In this document: positions 45,657 through 55,287 of the stretch, one piece after another | Layout: each line of letters opens with the position of its first letter | How positions within the stretch are numbered: position 1 is the first letter of the stretch | Assembly (NCBI GenBank): GCA_037142615.1 | Contig: JBAXAI010000006.1 | Location: 64,001-128,000 of the forward strand | DNA: 64,000 nucleotides | Source: Spirochaetales bacterium | GTDB taxonomy: Bacteria; Spirochaetota; Spirochaetia; JABEVK01 | Reading direction: 5' to 3' | The notes under the pieces: generated by a model | Told to the model about the DNA's origin: nothing | The model's input: only the letters and a program-made list of their open reading frames with translations | Databases searched by the model: none | Translations under genes and position numbers: made by a program

Positions 45657-47663
45657 GGCGTTCAGCAATTCCCGCAGTTGGCTCAACAGGAGCGGCTTTC
45701 GAAGCAGCTTGGTGTGGGGGGTCGACGCCACCAAATCAAGAACGCTTTGGTCGGCCAGGCCGGTTGAAATGATCACCGGCAGGTGCGGGCGCTGTTTCCG
45801 CAACTGCACCAAGGTGGCCGCTCCGCTGAGTTTGGGCATGTTCATGTCGAGCAGAACCAAGTCAAACAGCTCGCCGCGTCCGAGCCGGTCCAAGGCAAGC
45901 AGTCCGTCGGAAGCTTCCTCCACGTGAAAGCCGAGGGTCTCGAGTAGCTCCCGCAAGTTTTCGCGCACGAGGTCGTCGTCATCGACGAGGAGAATCCGAC
46001 GCCCGGAAGGGCCGACGGTAACCTCTGCGTGGAATTTTGTCGGGGCAACCGAGGCTCCCGCCGCCGGAAAACTCATTCGCACGGTCGTACCATGACCGAC
46101 TTCGCTGTCTATCTCGAGGTGCCCACCGTGGGACTCCACGACGCGAAGCGCCAAAGCCAAACCAAGACCCGTGCCTGCGTGAGGCGCCTTGGTGGTGAAA
46201 AAAGGCTCGAGCGCGTGGGCCCTGACGTCGGGATCCATGCCCTCGCCGTTGTCGGTGACTTCGATCACGACTCTCGTCGCGTTCTGGCGCGAAGTGATCA
46301 ACAGCACGGATTCGCGGCTCGTGTTCTTCATGGAATCGAGGGCGTTGAGGCACAGGTTCATCAGCACGTGACCGAGGCTCTCGACCTCACCGTCGATAGC
46401 TTCCAGATTGGGGTCGAGCTCCACCCGAAAGCTCACCCGCGAAAGGGTGGTGTACCGAAGCAGTTCGAGGTGCTCGGTGATAACCTGGTTCCAGGCGACT
46501 GCTTGGGTCAGGCCCGGCTTCTTGCGGACAAAGTTGAGCAGACCGGTGGTCAGGGCCCCGCCGCGCTCAACGGCCTTCTCAATCGTGGTCAACGCCTTGA
46601 GGCTGGGATCTCCGGGACTGAGTTGCAGCACTTGTCGGCTGGCAACGGTACCGATGGCCGACAACACGTTGTTGACATCGTGGGCGACGCCGCTGGCCAG
46701 TTGTCCCAAGCTTTCCAGCTTCTGCGACTGCTGGTACAGGACTTCGAGCTCGCGTAGTCCTTTTTCGGTGGCCCTGCGGGCCGAAACGTCTTCCATCACT
46801 CCAACAAGAACCAACTTTTCGTCGCTGACTCGAACGCTGGTAATCGACAGCGAGTTCCAGAACGGCGTCCCGTCGCGCCGGTAGTTGAGAAGTTCGCATC
46901 GCATGGCGCCGCAAGCAGCCACTTGCGAACGAAGTCTGGCCACCTCGACCTGGTCAGTGCCCGGGCCCTGCAAAAGGCGCAGGTTCTTGCCGAGGATTTC
47001 GTCGGCGCTCCAACCAGAAAGGGTTGTGAAGGCCTCATTCACAGACAGCACGTCGCCCAGCAACGTAGTGGTGACAACCCCAATGGCAAGGGACTCCAGC
47101 GCCAGGTGGCTGATCTCCAGGTCGTCGTAGTGCCGGGTTCGGCGAATTGACACCGTGTAGATTTCCGCCAGGACCTTCAGGATGTCCAGATCGTCGTCCG
47201 TGAACGGCACCGGAGAGTTCGCCAAACCGATCAGTCCGACAGCCCGGCCGTTGTCGAGCGCCGGGGCTGCCAGGAACGAGCGGATAGCGACGTGCCCGGG
47301 AGGAACTCCGGTCGACGCGGGGTGGTGCGGCGCGTCGTTGGTATAGAACGCCTGAAGTGTGTTGAGGGCATGGCCCAGCAAAGCGGGATAGCGGCCCTGT
47401 TGATTCCTGTGGAACACTATTCGCCGATCCGACTCGGCCAACGAGGGCATGGTGGCGAACGCGTCGAGGTGGGTGTGCGAGATCAACGTGCCGGTGGCAG
47501 GGTCGACAGTAGACACAAAAGCCAGCGTGGCTCCGGTACTTTCTATCGCCACGGTCCGGATCAGCCGAGCGAGGTCCAACAAGTCCAAGTCCGGCTGAAG
47601 GAGGCCTTGAAGCTGCGCTGTGGAGAGGGGAGCCCTTCTTGGCGGACTGGAGGTGCTTTTCAT
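45654..47663 (-). CDS. Cytoplasmic hybrid histidine kinase (GAF-PAS-HisKA-HATPase-REC)
   Basis: LGKNLRLLQG/NYRRDGTPFWN PAS, GVAHDVNN, EPFFTTK, GTGLGL, LLVDDD, DMNMP. Confidence 0.93.
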   Translation of the reverse strand: MKSTSSPPRRAPLSTAQLQGLLQPDLDLLDLARLIRTVAIESTGATLAFVSTVDPATGTLISHTHLDAFATMPSLAESDRRIVFHRNQQGRYPALLGHALNTLQAFYTNDAPHHPASTGVPPGHVAIRSFLAAPALDNGRAVGLIGLANSPVPFTDDDLDILKVLAEIYTVSIRRTRHYDDLEISHLALESLAIGVVTTTLLGDVLSVNEAFTTLSGWSADEILGKNLRLLQGPGTDQVEVARLRSQVAACGAMRCELLNYRRDGTPFWNSLSITSVRVSDEKLVLVGVMEDVSARRATEKGLRELEVLYQQSQKLESLGQLASGVAHDVNNVLSAIGTVASRQVLQLSPGDPSLKALTTIEKAVERGGALTTGLLNFVRKKPGLTQAVAWNQVITEHLELLRYTTLSRVSFRVELDPNLEAIDGEVESLGHVLMNLCLNALDSMKNTSRESVLLITSRQNATRVVIEVTDNGEGMDPDVRAHALEPFFTTKAPHAGTGLGLALALRVVESHGGHLEIDSEVGHGTTVRMSFPAAGASVAPTKFHAEVTVGPSGRRILLVDDDDLVRENLRELLETLGFHVEEASDGLLALDRLGRGELFDLVLLDMNMPKLSGAATLVQLRKQRPHLPVIISTGLADQSVLDLVASTPHTKLLRKPLLLSQLRELLNA

Positions 47664-47741
47664 CGAATCCACGTGGTCCAGACTACTTCAATACGTCCAT
47701 TATGTCAAGTCTCTTGACAACCTCTGTTCGGGCTCCCAAAG

Positions 47742-48974
47742 CTAGAACGCGTATTTGAACGTCGCCTCGACGACGCTATTGTTGTTCCACGAGCCCCAGG
47801 TCACCGCCGTGTCGCCAAGAAAGGCGAACCCGGCCAGCGTGGCGCTCAAGCCGTCCGCCACGGTGTAGGTGAGCTGTGGCGACACCATGCCGGCCCCGTC
47901 GAAGTCCCACGCGCTAACCGCCTTCCAGGACCAACGGCTGTCGGGAGCAGCACTCAGCGCAAGCACGGCCTTCGCCTTCGCGGTGCCCTCGTACCCGGCG
48001 GTGTTGGTCCAGTCGACGACGCCCTCGGCGATGGCCTTCACGCCAATGACCGGCAGGGTGTACTCGAGCGAGGCAACCCCCTGCGCTGTGGCGTCACCAG
48101 CCACCGGGTTCTGAGGGTCGGTATCGCGCCAAAGCCGACCTGCGGCCTCCGTTCGCAGCACAAGCCCTTCCAGAGCGACCACGGCGTCGGCACCCGCCAG
48201 CAGGAAACGGTCGTAGTCAAGTGTCGAAGTGGCCTTCATCTGCCCGGGAGTGCCCGCCGAGGCCAGCGTGACCGTGGCGCGAGGCAGGGGGTTGCGTCCC
48301 TGGTAGAACGTGACCCCGAAGTCGACACCCTGGAACACGTCGAGACTGGCCCCGGCGCGCCCACCCCACGCCAGGTTGTCCCAGATCAGCGCGGGCACCT
48401 GGTCGACCAGGGTGCGGCTGACAATGGTCACGCCGGTGGGGGGCGTCAGCGTCGTAGCCGGTTGCCACCGGGCCTCGGGAACAACGCCCTTTGCGAACGC
48501 CGGCACCAACACCAGGTCGAGCGAGAGTCCTGACCCAGTCAGAAGCACCCTTCCCGACGGCACGGGAATCTTCACCGAGTCCAGGGGGTGGCTCATGTCG
48601 CGCGGGTTCACCACGTCGAGAGGTGTGAACACGTCGGTGACACCCCAAGCGATGGTCTGGTTTCCCACCGAAACGTCGGCCGGCCCCAGATACGCCTTGA
48701 CCCACGCGTCGGCCAAAGCGAACGAGGTTTGTCCCCCGGGGAGAAGCTTGGCTTGAAAACCGATGGAGTACTGACCGGCCGGAGCCTCGGCCGCACCGAC
48801 GTTTCCGGCCACTTTGGCGTCGAATTGGGGGCCCGCCGCCGCAAGGTCGCTGGAGTTGTAGAACCAACCCCAGCCCGACTGCAGAGTGCCCGAAAAGGTC
48901 TGGGCGGAACTAGGCAAAAGGGCACCCAGCAGCAAGACTGCGGCAAGGGCCCGGCGAAGGTGTGTGCGTGTCAT
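47742..48974 (-). CDS. Putative outer-membrane beta-barrel protein (DUF1302-like)
   Basis: Signal peptide, GNQTIAWGVTD..PLDVVNP, terminal YAF barrel signature. Confidence 0.7.
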   Translation of the reverse strand: MTRTHLRRALAAVLLLGALLPSSAQTFSGTLQSGWGWFYNSSDLAAAGPQFDAKVAGNVGAAEAPAGQYSIGFQAKLLPGGQTSFALADAWVKAYLGPADVSVGNQTIAWGVTDVFTPLDVVNPRDMSHPLDSVKIPVPSGRVLLTGSGLSLDLVLVPAFAKGVVPEARWQPATTLTPPTGVTIVSRTLVDQVPALIWDNLAWGGRAGASLDVFQGVDFGVTFYQGRNPLPRATVTLASAGTPGQMKATSTLDYDRFLLAGADAVVALEGLVLRTEAAGRLWRDTDPQNPVAGDATAQGVASLEYTLPVIGVKAIAEGVVDWTNTAGYEGTAKAKAVLALSAAPDSRWSWKAVSAWDFDGAGMVSPQLTYTVADGLSATLAGFAFLGDTAVTWGSWNNNSVVEATFKYAF

Positions 48975-48983
48975 TTCGGCCTC

Positions 48984-49742
48984 CTACTGCTTCAAGAACC
49001 GCTCAGTGAACGTCGCATCGCTCACGTCCTGGTCTACCTTCTGGTCGCTGACCTTGAGCTCGGTCTTGGAGCCGCTGGTCGAAGTCATCACGATGAGCGA
49101 AGGGAGCAAGTAGGCGCCCACCTTTTCAAGCGTGAGCACCTGCGCCTTGGCGAGTTTGCCCGCCTTGTAGTACTCGATCTTTCGCGCGGCGAAGTCACCC
49201 AAGTCGAGCGAGTACACCAGCCTTTCGTAGCCCATCTCTTTTTTCGGCTTGGCTTCGATAGTGGCCGTGTTGTTGGCCGTGCTCAGCAGAGTGTAAGTGA
49301 AGTCGGCCTCGACGAACCCGCTGATGTCGCGGTTGGTGAAGTCGGACCCGAAGAACGCCGAATCCTGATCCGAAGCCCCCGAACCGAGGCGGCGGACCTT
49401 GCCCAGCGCGGGCAGCCACAGTTGGCTCTCGGTAGAGCCGTCGACCTTCTTCGAGGTGAGGAAGCCCGAGCCCTTGATGTCGCCGGGGGCCAGGAACTTG
49501 ACGACCCGGCGTTCCACCTCGCCCTTGGCGTTGTCGCCCGTGCCCCAGTTCATCATGGTGCGGGTCAGCGAGGCGCCGTTCTTGGTGATGGTCATCACCA
49601 TGGTGGTGATCTCGGTTTTGGGTTTGGTTCGGTGGAAGTACTTGGCCATCAACTCGGCCCCCGAAAGGTCTTGCGCGGCGGCGGGCAACAGGCACGCGAG
49701 TGCGACGGCCGCCAAACTGATTCTGAAAATGAACTTAAGCAT
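48984..49742 (-). CDS. Outer-membrane lipoprotein-sorting (LolA-like) protein
   Basis: FLAPGDIKGSGFL, QLWLPALGKVRR, FFGSDFTNRD, FTERFL. Confidence 0.88.
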   Translation of the reverse strand: MLKFIFRISLAAVALACLLPAAAQDLSGAELMAKYFHRTKPKTEITTMVMTITKNGASLTRTMMNWGTGDNAKGEVERRVVKFLAPGDIKGSGFLTSKKVDGSTESQLWLPALGKVRRLGSGASDQDSAFFGSDFTNRDISGFVEADFTYTLLSTANNTATIEAKPKKEMGYERLVYSLDLGDFAARKIEYYKAGKLAKAQVLTLEKVGAYLLPSLIVMTSTSGSKTELKVSDQKVDQDVSDATFTERFLKQ

Positions 49743-51996
49743 GGGAAAGCTCCTTTGATTTGGGTTTGCGAGGATTGCGCAGGAAGATTAGGCAGGCGGC
49801 GGGCAAAATGGTGAGGGTGAACAAGCCGACAATCATCACGGTGAGAACCATCACGCCGCCCAGGGTCGACACAGGAACCATTTGGCTGAAGGTGAGCGCC
49901 AAAAACCCTCCGCCGAGCGTGAGCGCCGTGAAAAACACCGAGCGACCCGAGGTGGCAAGGGCCGAAACCACGGCGTCTTCGGGGGACAGACCTGCTTGCC
50001 GGTCTTCCATATAGCGCACGGTGAGGTGGATGGCGTAGTCGCCCACCCCGATGGCCAGAGCCCCAGCGAGGGCCGTGGCCAGGTTGAACGGCAGACCCGC
50101 CAAGCCCAGAATGCCGTACTGAAGCACAATGGTCGAAATCAGCACGGTGATCGTCACCAGCGCGGCCCGCACGCTTCGGATCATGCTGTCGATCAGGATG
50201 ACGAGCAGAATGGCCAGCGTCAGGCTCAAGATGAAGTCGTGCACGATGGTGTCTTCGACGGCCACCTCGGACAAAATGTCACCGGCGAACTGAACCTTGG
50301 CGGTGGAGCCCAGGTAGAAGTCGGTTCGGGCCTGCAACTTGGTGAGCAGCGCCTTGGTTTCGTGGGTTGGCAACCGGGGAGCCACGATGGTGACCACGCC
50401 GCGGGTGTAGTCGAGGTTGGTCAGCGACGTGATGTCGTCCACGCTGCCCGAGGCCTGGTAAACGAGCAGCTCCTGGGCCACCAGCTCGCGGCTTGCAGGC
50501 ATACCCGCTTCACCCGTGAGCGTTTCGTGCAACGACCGCACCAGCGTCGCGAGCGAGGTCGAGGCGCCGAGTTGGGGAGCCGTGGTTTTCAGGTCTTCCT
50601 GAAAGGCCAGAAGACCTTTCAGCACTTGCGGATCCTGAAGGTCGCCGCTTACGAGGGCCTTCACCGCCGTGGAACCCCCAAACACTTCATCGACGGCATT
50701 CATACCCCGCACCACCGACGAATCAGGCTTGAAGAACCCGACCAGCGAGGTGTTGGGCACGATGCGACCGATGCCGAACGCTGCAATGACGAGTGTAGCG
50801 ACGCCTACCAACAGGATCGCCCGAGGGTGGCGGCCGATCCAACGGCCGAGACGGCTCAACTGATGGCTGAGTACGCCGGTGTCTTCCAGCTTGACCCTCA
50901 CCTTGGGCGCCCCAAGCACGTTGAGCAAGCTTGGCACCAGCGTCAACGACGACACCATGGCGGTGAACACGCCCGTGGCGCACAGCACGCCGATTCCGCG
51001 CACCATCGCGAGGTCCGACAGCAAAAACGTGAGCATCGAGGCCGTGATGGCCAGCCCCGAAACAAACACCCCGAGCCCGGTTTTGCCCAGCACGTTCAGA
51101 ATGGCCTGACGCTTTTCGGTGCCCTGCGAAAGCTCGAGGAAGTAACGGCCCAACAAGTGGAGCGTGAACGAACTGCCCACCGCGAGCACGGCCACCGGCG
51201 CAATGATGGTGAGGGCGCCGAACTTGAGGTGGAGCCAACCGTACAGACCGGCACCCCACACCAGGCCGACGACGACCTGGAGCAGTGGCAGCCACATGCC
51301 CAGCGGCGAACGGAAGTTGAACAAAAACATCAGCAGGATGATCACCAGCGCGGTACCGCCAAGCGTCGGCATGTCGATGTGCATGGCGTTGAGCATGTAC
51401 GATTCCATGGAGGGCAGTCCGGTGAGGTCGTAGGTACCCGTCCAGCGCTGCTTGACGGCCGCTTCCATGGCCGCAGCGATGGTGGGCAGGTCGACGGCGT
51501 CTTCAAACTCGACGACGACGTTGGTCGAACTGCCATCGGCGGCTGCGAGCATGCCCGACTTGGTGGCGTAGTTGGTTGCCAGGTATTGGCGCAACGCCGC
51601 GATGTCGGTGCCCGAGGGATTGTCGCTTTCGACCATGTCGCTGCTCACCAGCAGGCCGTCAGTTTCGACCATTTTCTTGGTGTTGCTGAGCGAGGTGACC
51701 TTTTTGACACCGGTGACCCCCTCGAGCGCCGCGGTGAGGGCTCTGACTTCGGTCAGGTGCCCCGGGGTAAACACGTCGGGGGCGCGCAGAACGAACACTT
51801 CGGTCCGGCCCGAGTTGAACTCGCGGCTGATTTGATCGTTCAGCTGCACGATGGCGTTGTTGTCAGGATTCAGCGCGTCGGCTGAGGCGTCCTGTACGAT
51901 GTGCGTGGCTCCAACAGCCATGAACACGGTCAAGACGGCGAAGGCGGCGATAATCCACCAACTGCGGTCGAGCATTCCTTTCCAAAAAGTCTTCAA
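49735..51996 (-). CDS. MMPL/RND superfamily exporter
   Basis: Two MMPL repeats, AIGVGDYAIH; TTG start after a GAGGAGG RBS. Confidence 0.9.
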   Translation of the reverse strand: MKTFWKGMLDRSWWIIAAFAVLTVFMAVGATHIVQDASADALNPDNNAIVQLNDQISREFNSGRTEVFVLRAPDVFTPGHLTEVRALTAALEGVTGVKKVTSLSNTKKMVETDGLLVSSDMVESDNPSGTDIAALRQYLATNYATKSGMLAAADGSSTNVVVEFEDAVDLPTIAAAMEAAVKQRWTGTYDLTGLPSMESYMLNAMHIDMPTLGGTALVIILLMFLFNFRSPLGMWLPLLQVVVGLVWGAGLYGWLHLKFGALTIIAPVAVLAVGSSFTLHLLGRYFLELSQGTEKRQAILNVLGKTGLGVFVSGLAITASMLTFLLSDLAMVRGIGVLCATGVFTAMVSSLTLVPSLLNVLGAPKVRVKLEDTGVLSHQLSRLGRWIGRHPRAILLVGVATLVIAAFGIGRIVPNTSLVGFFKPDSSVVRGMNAVDEVFGGSTAVKALVSGDLQDPQVLKGLLAFQEDLKTTAPQLGASTSLATLVRSLHETLTGEAGMPASRELVAQELLVYQASGSVDDITSLTNLDYTRGVVTIVAPRLPTHETKALLTKLQARTDFYLGSTAKVQFAGDILSEVAVEDTIVHDFILSLTLAILLVILIDSMIRSVRAALVTITVLISTIVLQYGILGLAGLPFNLATALAGALAIGVGDYAIHLTVRYMEDRQAGLSPEDAVVSALATSGRSVFFTALTLGGGFLALTFSQMVPVSTLGGVMVLTVMIVGLFTLTILPAACLIFLRNPRKPKSKELSHA

Positions 51997-52017
51997 ACTT
52001 ACCTCCTCAAACATTCA

Positions 52018-52036
52018 GTTCAACCACTTGGTTGAC
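52018..52036. promoter_or_regulatory. TetR operator upstream of the MMPL gene
   Basis: TCAACCA-CT-TGGTTGA, same arms as the site at 52704. Confidence 0.75.
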
Positions 52037-52060
52037 TCGAAGACAAAAAAAGAGACCCTC

Positions 52061-52702
52061 TCAGCGCAGGGTCACATCCACAAGACTCTTGGCCAGACCG
52101 ACCTGTCGGTCCAGCACCTGGGCCCAACGTTCGGGCTGCACATCGAGAAGAATCTGCAGGATGGGGCCGCCCAAAGTGGGGAACACCAGCAGCGAAATGA
52201 CTCCCGTGAGCAGCACCTCGAGCCGGTCGCCCACTTCGGAAGCTGCCGGTGTGACGCCCTCGGGCTCCCGCGCCAGTTCCAGCAGGTGGGCAGGAACGGC
52301 GAACACGCGCAGTTCCTGCAGCAGGGTCCGGATGAGGGCGGGATTTCGGTTCACTTCGTTGATCAGAAACATGGGCATCTGCGGGAACTTGCGCAGGAAC
52401 TGGGCCCGGTCGTCGATCCAAAACTTGAGCACCTCGCGCAGCGACTGTCCCGCCACAGGCCCAGGTTGCCGGACCGACAAACCCTCGGCCGGACGGAGCA
52501 AGGCCTGCATTTCCTCGCGGAAGATGAGCAGGAAGAGGGTGTCTTTGCTGCGGTAGTAGTAGTGCAGCTGGGCCTTGTTGAACCCGGCGCGGTCGGCGAT
52601 GGCCTGCATGGTAGCGCCGTCGTAGCCCTTGGCGACAAACACTTCTCTGGCAGCCTCTTTGATTTTGAGCGCGGAGGTTTCTTCGAGCACTTTCCCTTTC
52701 AT
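52061..52702 (-). CDS. TetR/AcrR family regulator
   Basis: IKEAAREVFVAKGYDGATMQAIADRAGFNKAQLHYYYRSKDTL. Confidence 0.95.
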   Translation of the reverse strand: MKGKVLEETSALKIKEAAREVFVAKGYDGATMQAIADRAGFNKAQLHYYYRSKDTLFLLIFREEMQALLRPAEGLSVRQPGPVAGQSLREVLKFWIDDRAQFLRKFPQMPMFLINEVNRNPALIRTLLQELRVFAVPAHLLELAREPEGVTPAASEVGDRLEVLLTGVISLLVFPTLGGPILQILLDVQPERWAQVLDRQVGLAKSLVDVTLR

Positions 52703-52703
52703 C

Positions 52704-52738
52704 GGTTCAACCATATGGTTGAACCAAAAGATTGTCAA
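52704..52738 (-). promoter_or_regulatory. tetR promoter with a perfect 22-bp palindromic operator
   Basis: GGTTCAACCATATGGTTGAACC (52704-52725) overlaps the -10 of TTGACA-17-TATGGT. Confidence 0.8.
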
Positions 52739-52895
52739 GCACTCGTGAGAAGCTCGGCCCATGGCTGAACTTCCCGTGACCCGTCTTTGTAAACGGCTTC
52801 ACTCCGGCTGGAGCCGTGCCGAGATTCCGTTTGCCGTCGCGGTCAATTTGCTGCTGTTCGGGCTGGTCGGCGTGTTCGACGTGGCCGGCACACTC

Positions 52896-53873
52896 CTAAG
52901 GTCGCGCTTCGGTGGTCGTGATCCTCTGGCTGATCTGCGTGCCGGCTTTTCCCGCGATGGCGTCGAGCATGCGGTCGAGGGTCGTGATGATGGCCGTTCC
53001 CTCGGGGTGGGCTCCCGTGTACTTCACAGTGGCCATGACCTTTTCGAGCATGCTGCCCTTGGCGAAGTAGCCGTTGTCGCAGCGTTCCTTGGCCTCGGTG
53101 TAGGTCAATTTGGCCAAGCGCCTCTCGGTAGGTTTTCCAAAGTCGAGGGCGATGCCGTCGCCTCCAGCCGTGGGAATCACAAGGTAGTCGGCGCGCAACA
53201 GGGTGGCCAGCAGCGCAGAGGTGAGGTCTTTGTCGATCACGCCCTCGATTCCGTTGAGGATGTTGCCCTCGCGGACCACAGGCACCCCGCCTCCCCCACA
53301 CGCGATCACCAGATAGCCGTCTTCCGAGAGCTTCTGGATCTGCCGTAGCTCGACCAGTTCGAGCGGCGCCGGCGAGGGCACACAACGGCGCCAGCCCCGT
53401 CCGGAGTCTTCCATGACCGTCCAGCCCATTTCTTGGGCCAGGTGCTCGGCAGCCTCTTTGTCGTAGAACGAGCCGATAGGCTTGGAAGGGTTGGCAAACG
53501 CAGCATCGTCTTTGCTGACAACGGTTTGTGTGATCACGGTGGCCACGGGAATGTCGAGCCCTTCCATCGCGAACGCCTCGTGGAAGGCCTTCTGGAACAT
53601 GTAGCCGAGCGTACCTTGGGTGTTGGCAATGGCGTAGTCCATGGGCACCGGCGCCAACTCCTTGGCGGCCAGTTCGGAGCGGCGCAGAGCGAAGCCCACC
53701 TGCGGGCCATTACCGTGGGTGAGCACGACCCGCCAACCTTCCTTGACCAGTTTGACCACCGAGGCGGCGGTTTGTTCGGCGGCCTCGAATTGGTCGGCGA
53801 TCGAGGCCTTCTTGGGGTCCTTGATGAGGGCGTTTCCTCCGACGGCGATGACGACGAGTTTGGTGTTGGCCAT
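52896..53873 (-). CDS. arcC: Carbamate kinase
   Basis: AVGGNAL, THGNGPQVG, PSKPIG, EDSGRGWRRCVPSP, GGGGVPV, VIDKD, GSMLEKV. Confidence 0.95.
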   Translation of the reverse strand: MANTKLVVIAVGGNALIKDPKKASIADQFEAAEQTAASVVKLVKEGWRVVLTHGNGPQVGFALRRSELAAKELAPVPMDYAIANTQGTLGYMFQKAFHEAFAMEGLDIPVATVITQTVVSKDDAAFANPSKPIGSFYDKEAAEHLAQEMGWTVMEDSGRGWRRCVPSPAPLELVELRQIQKLSEDGYLVIACGGGGVPVVREGNILNGIEGVIDKDLTSALLATLLRADYLVIPTAGGDGIALDFGKPTERRLAKLTYTEAKERCDNGYFAKGSMLEKVMATVKYTGAHPEGTAIITTLDRMLDAIAGKAGTQISQRITTTEARP

Positions 53874-53874
53874 G

Positions 53875-55287
53875 TCATTGAACTCCTTTGAGAGCAAGAG
53901 CCTCGAGGGCCTGAACAAAGCAGGCCAACGGGGCATTGGTGATACCGGCACCGATTTGTCCGATGCCGGCCTGCTGGTGCGCGATGCCGGTGTTGATCAC
54001 TGGCAAAATGGACGTGTCGACCACCTTGCGGGCGTCAATACCGGCTGGACAACCCCCGAAGTCGAGCGGCGGCAGGGTGAAGGCCGCGTTCTGTCCCAGG
54101 GTGATGTGGAGCATGCGTCGGGTGTTGGCGATAGCGTCGGCCGGGGTTCCCCCGACAAACTGCACGATGGCAGGCGAGGCGGCCATCGAAAAGCCGCCCA
54201 ACCCGGCGGTCTCGGTGATGGCGCTATCGCCCAGGTCGCGTGCCGCGTCGTCGCGGCTGTAGCCCGAAAAGTACAAGCCCTCGATGAAGTTGGCCGGTGC
54301 TGTGAACCACTGGCCCGGAAGACCCGACAACTGAATGCCGAAATCGACCCCGTTGCGCGCCATCACCGTCACCAGCGTGGAGTTCTTGACGCCCTCTGCG
54401 GCTTGCAACATGCCCTTGCACGCGGCCATCGACAGGTTGAGGAAGAAGTGGTCGTTGGAGGCCACAAAGGCCAAGGTCTCGCGCACCTTCTGCAGGTCGA
54501 GCGACGGAAGCTCACCCAGAGCGGCCAAGGTCAGCTTTTTGAAGAACAGAGCGCTGGCCGCGGCGTTGCGGTTGTGCACCTCGTCGCCCATGTGGAGCGC
54601 CTGCGCCATCAGGGGCTTGAGCGCTACCGGCCCCAGGCTTGCCAGGATAACCTTCAGGGTCGGGGCCAGCACGTCGCGCATCCACACCAAGCGCTCGAGC
54701 ACTTCGGGCGAGTTGGCCCCGAAGCGCAGCACTTTGCCCAAGCCTTCGTTCAGGTTGCAGTACGATCGGTGGCCGTTGGTCGTGTTTTCGACGATCCACA
54801 CCGGCATCGAGGGGCTGATGACTCCGGCCATAGGGCCGACGGCGTTGTGGTGGTTGCAGGCATCGAGATTCACCCCGCCGCCGACCACCAGCGCCTCGGC
54901 CTCGCCCAGCGTTTTGGCCCAGCCTTCGTACAAAATGGCTCCGAGCACCGCTCCCTTTTGAGGGCCACACATGGCACTCCACGAAATGGGGGGTCCCGAA
55001 TGCAGCAAGGTTCGGGCACCAAAACCCGGGAGTTCGTCGCGCGCCACTCCGAGCCCCACCAGCACCGGCTGGGCGCTCAGATAGCGCTCGTAGGCCGTCT
55101 GGTTGGCGGCATTTACTTGGGGATGGTTGATCAGCTCAGCCAGCGCCATTCCAGCCTGACTATTGCCTTCAGCCGGGGGTCGCCACTCGAGGTCGAGGGC
55201 CGTTCCTCCGTGGGCGCGGATCGGCTCACTGAACGACTTCAGCCCGATATTGATCACCCGGATTTCACTCGACAGCAGGGGATTCAT
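53875..55287 (-). CDS. yahG: DUF1116 protein (YahG/YlbE-AllG-like carbamoyltransferase subunit)
   Basis: HSGPP, AVGPMAG, NEGLGKVLRFGA, MGDEVHNRN, DLGDSAITET, INTGIAH. N-terminal INIGL..WRPPA segment as in YahG. Confidence 0.88.
   Translation of the reverse strand: MNPLLSSEIRVINIGLKSFSEPIRAHGGTALDLEWRPPAEGNSQAGMALAELINHPQVNAANQTAYERYLSAQPVLVGLGVARDELPGFGARTLLHSGPPISWSAMCGPQKGAVLGAILYEGWAKTLGEAEALVVGGGVNLDACNHHNAVGPMAGVISPSMPVWIVENTTNGHRSYCNLNEGLGKVLRFGANSPEVLERLVWMRDVLAPTLKVILASLGPVALKPLMAQALHMGDEVHNRNAAASALFFKKLTLAALGELPSLDLQKVRETLAFVASNDHFFLNLSMAACKGMLQAAEGVKNSTLVTVMARNGVDFGIQLSGLPGQWFTAPANFIEGLYFSGYSRDDAARDLGDSAITETAGLGGFSMAASPAIVQFVGGTPADAIANTRRMLHITLGQNAAFTLPPLDFGGCPAGIDARKVVDTSILPVINTGIAHQQAGIGQIGAGITNAPLACFVQALEALALKGVQ

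Noticed and set aside
45979-47100. PAS domain of the hybrid kinase as a LOV photoreceptor
   Set aside because: The LOV motif GxNCRFLQ reads GKNLRLLQ, lacking the photoactive Cys.
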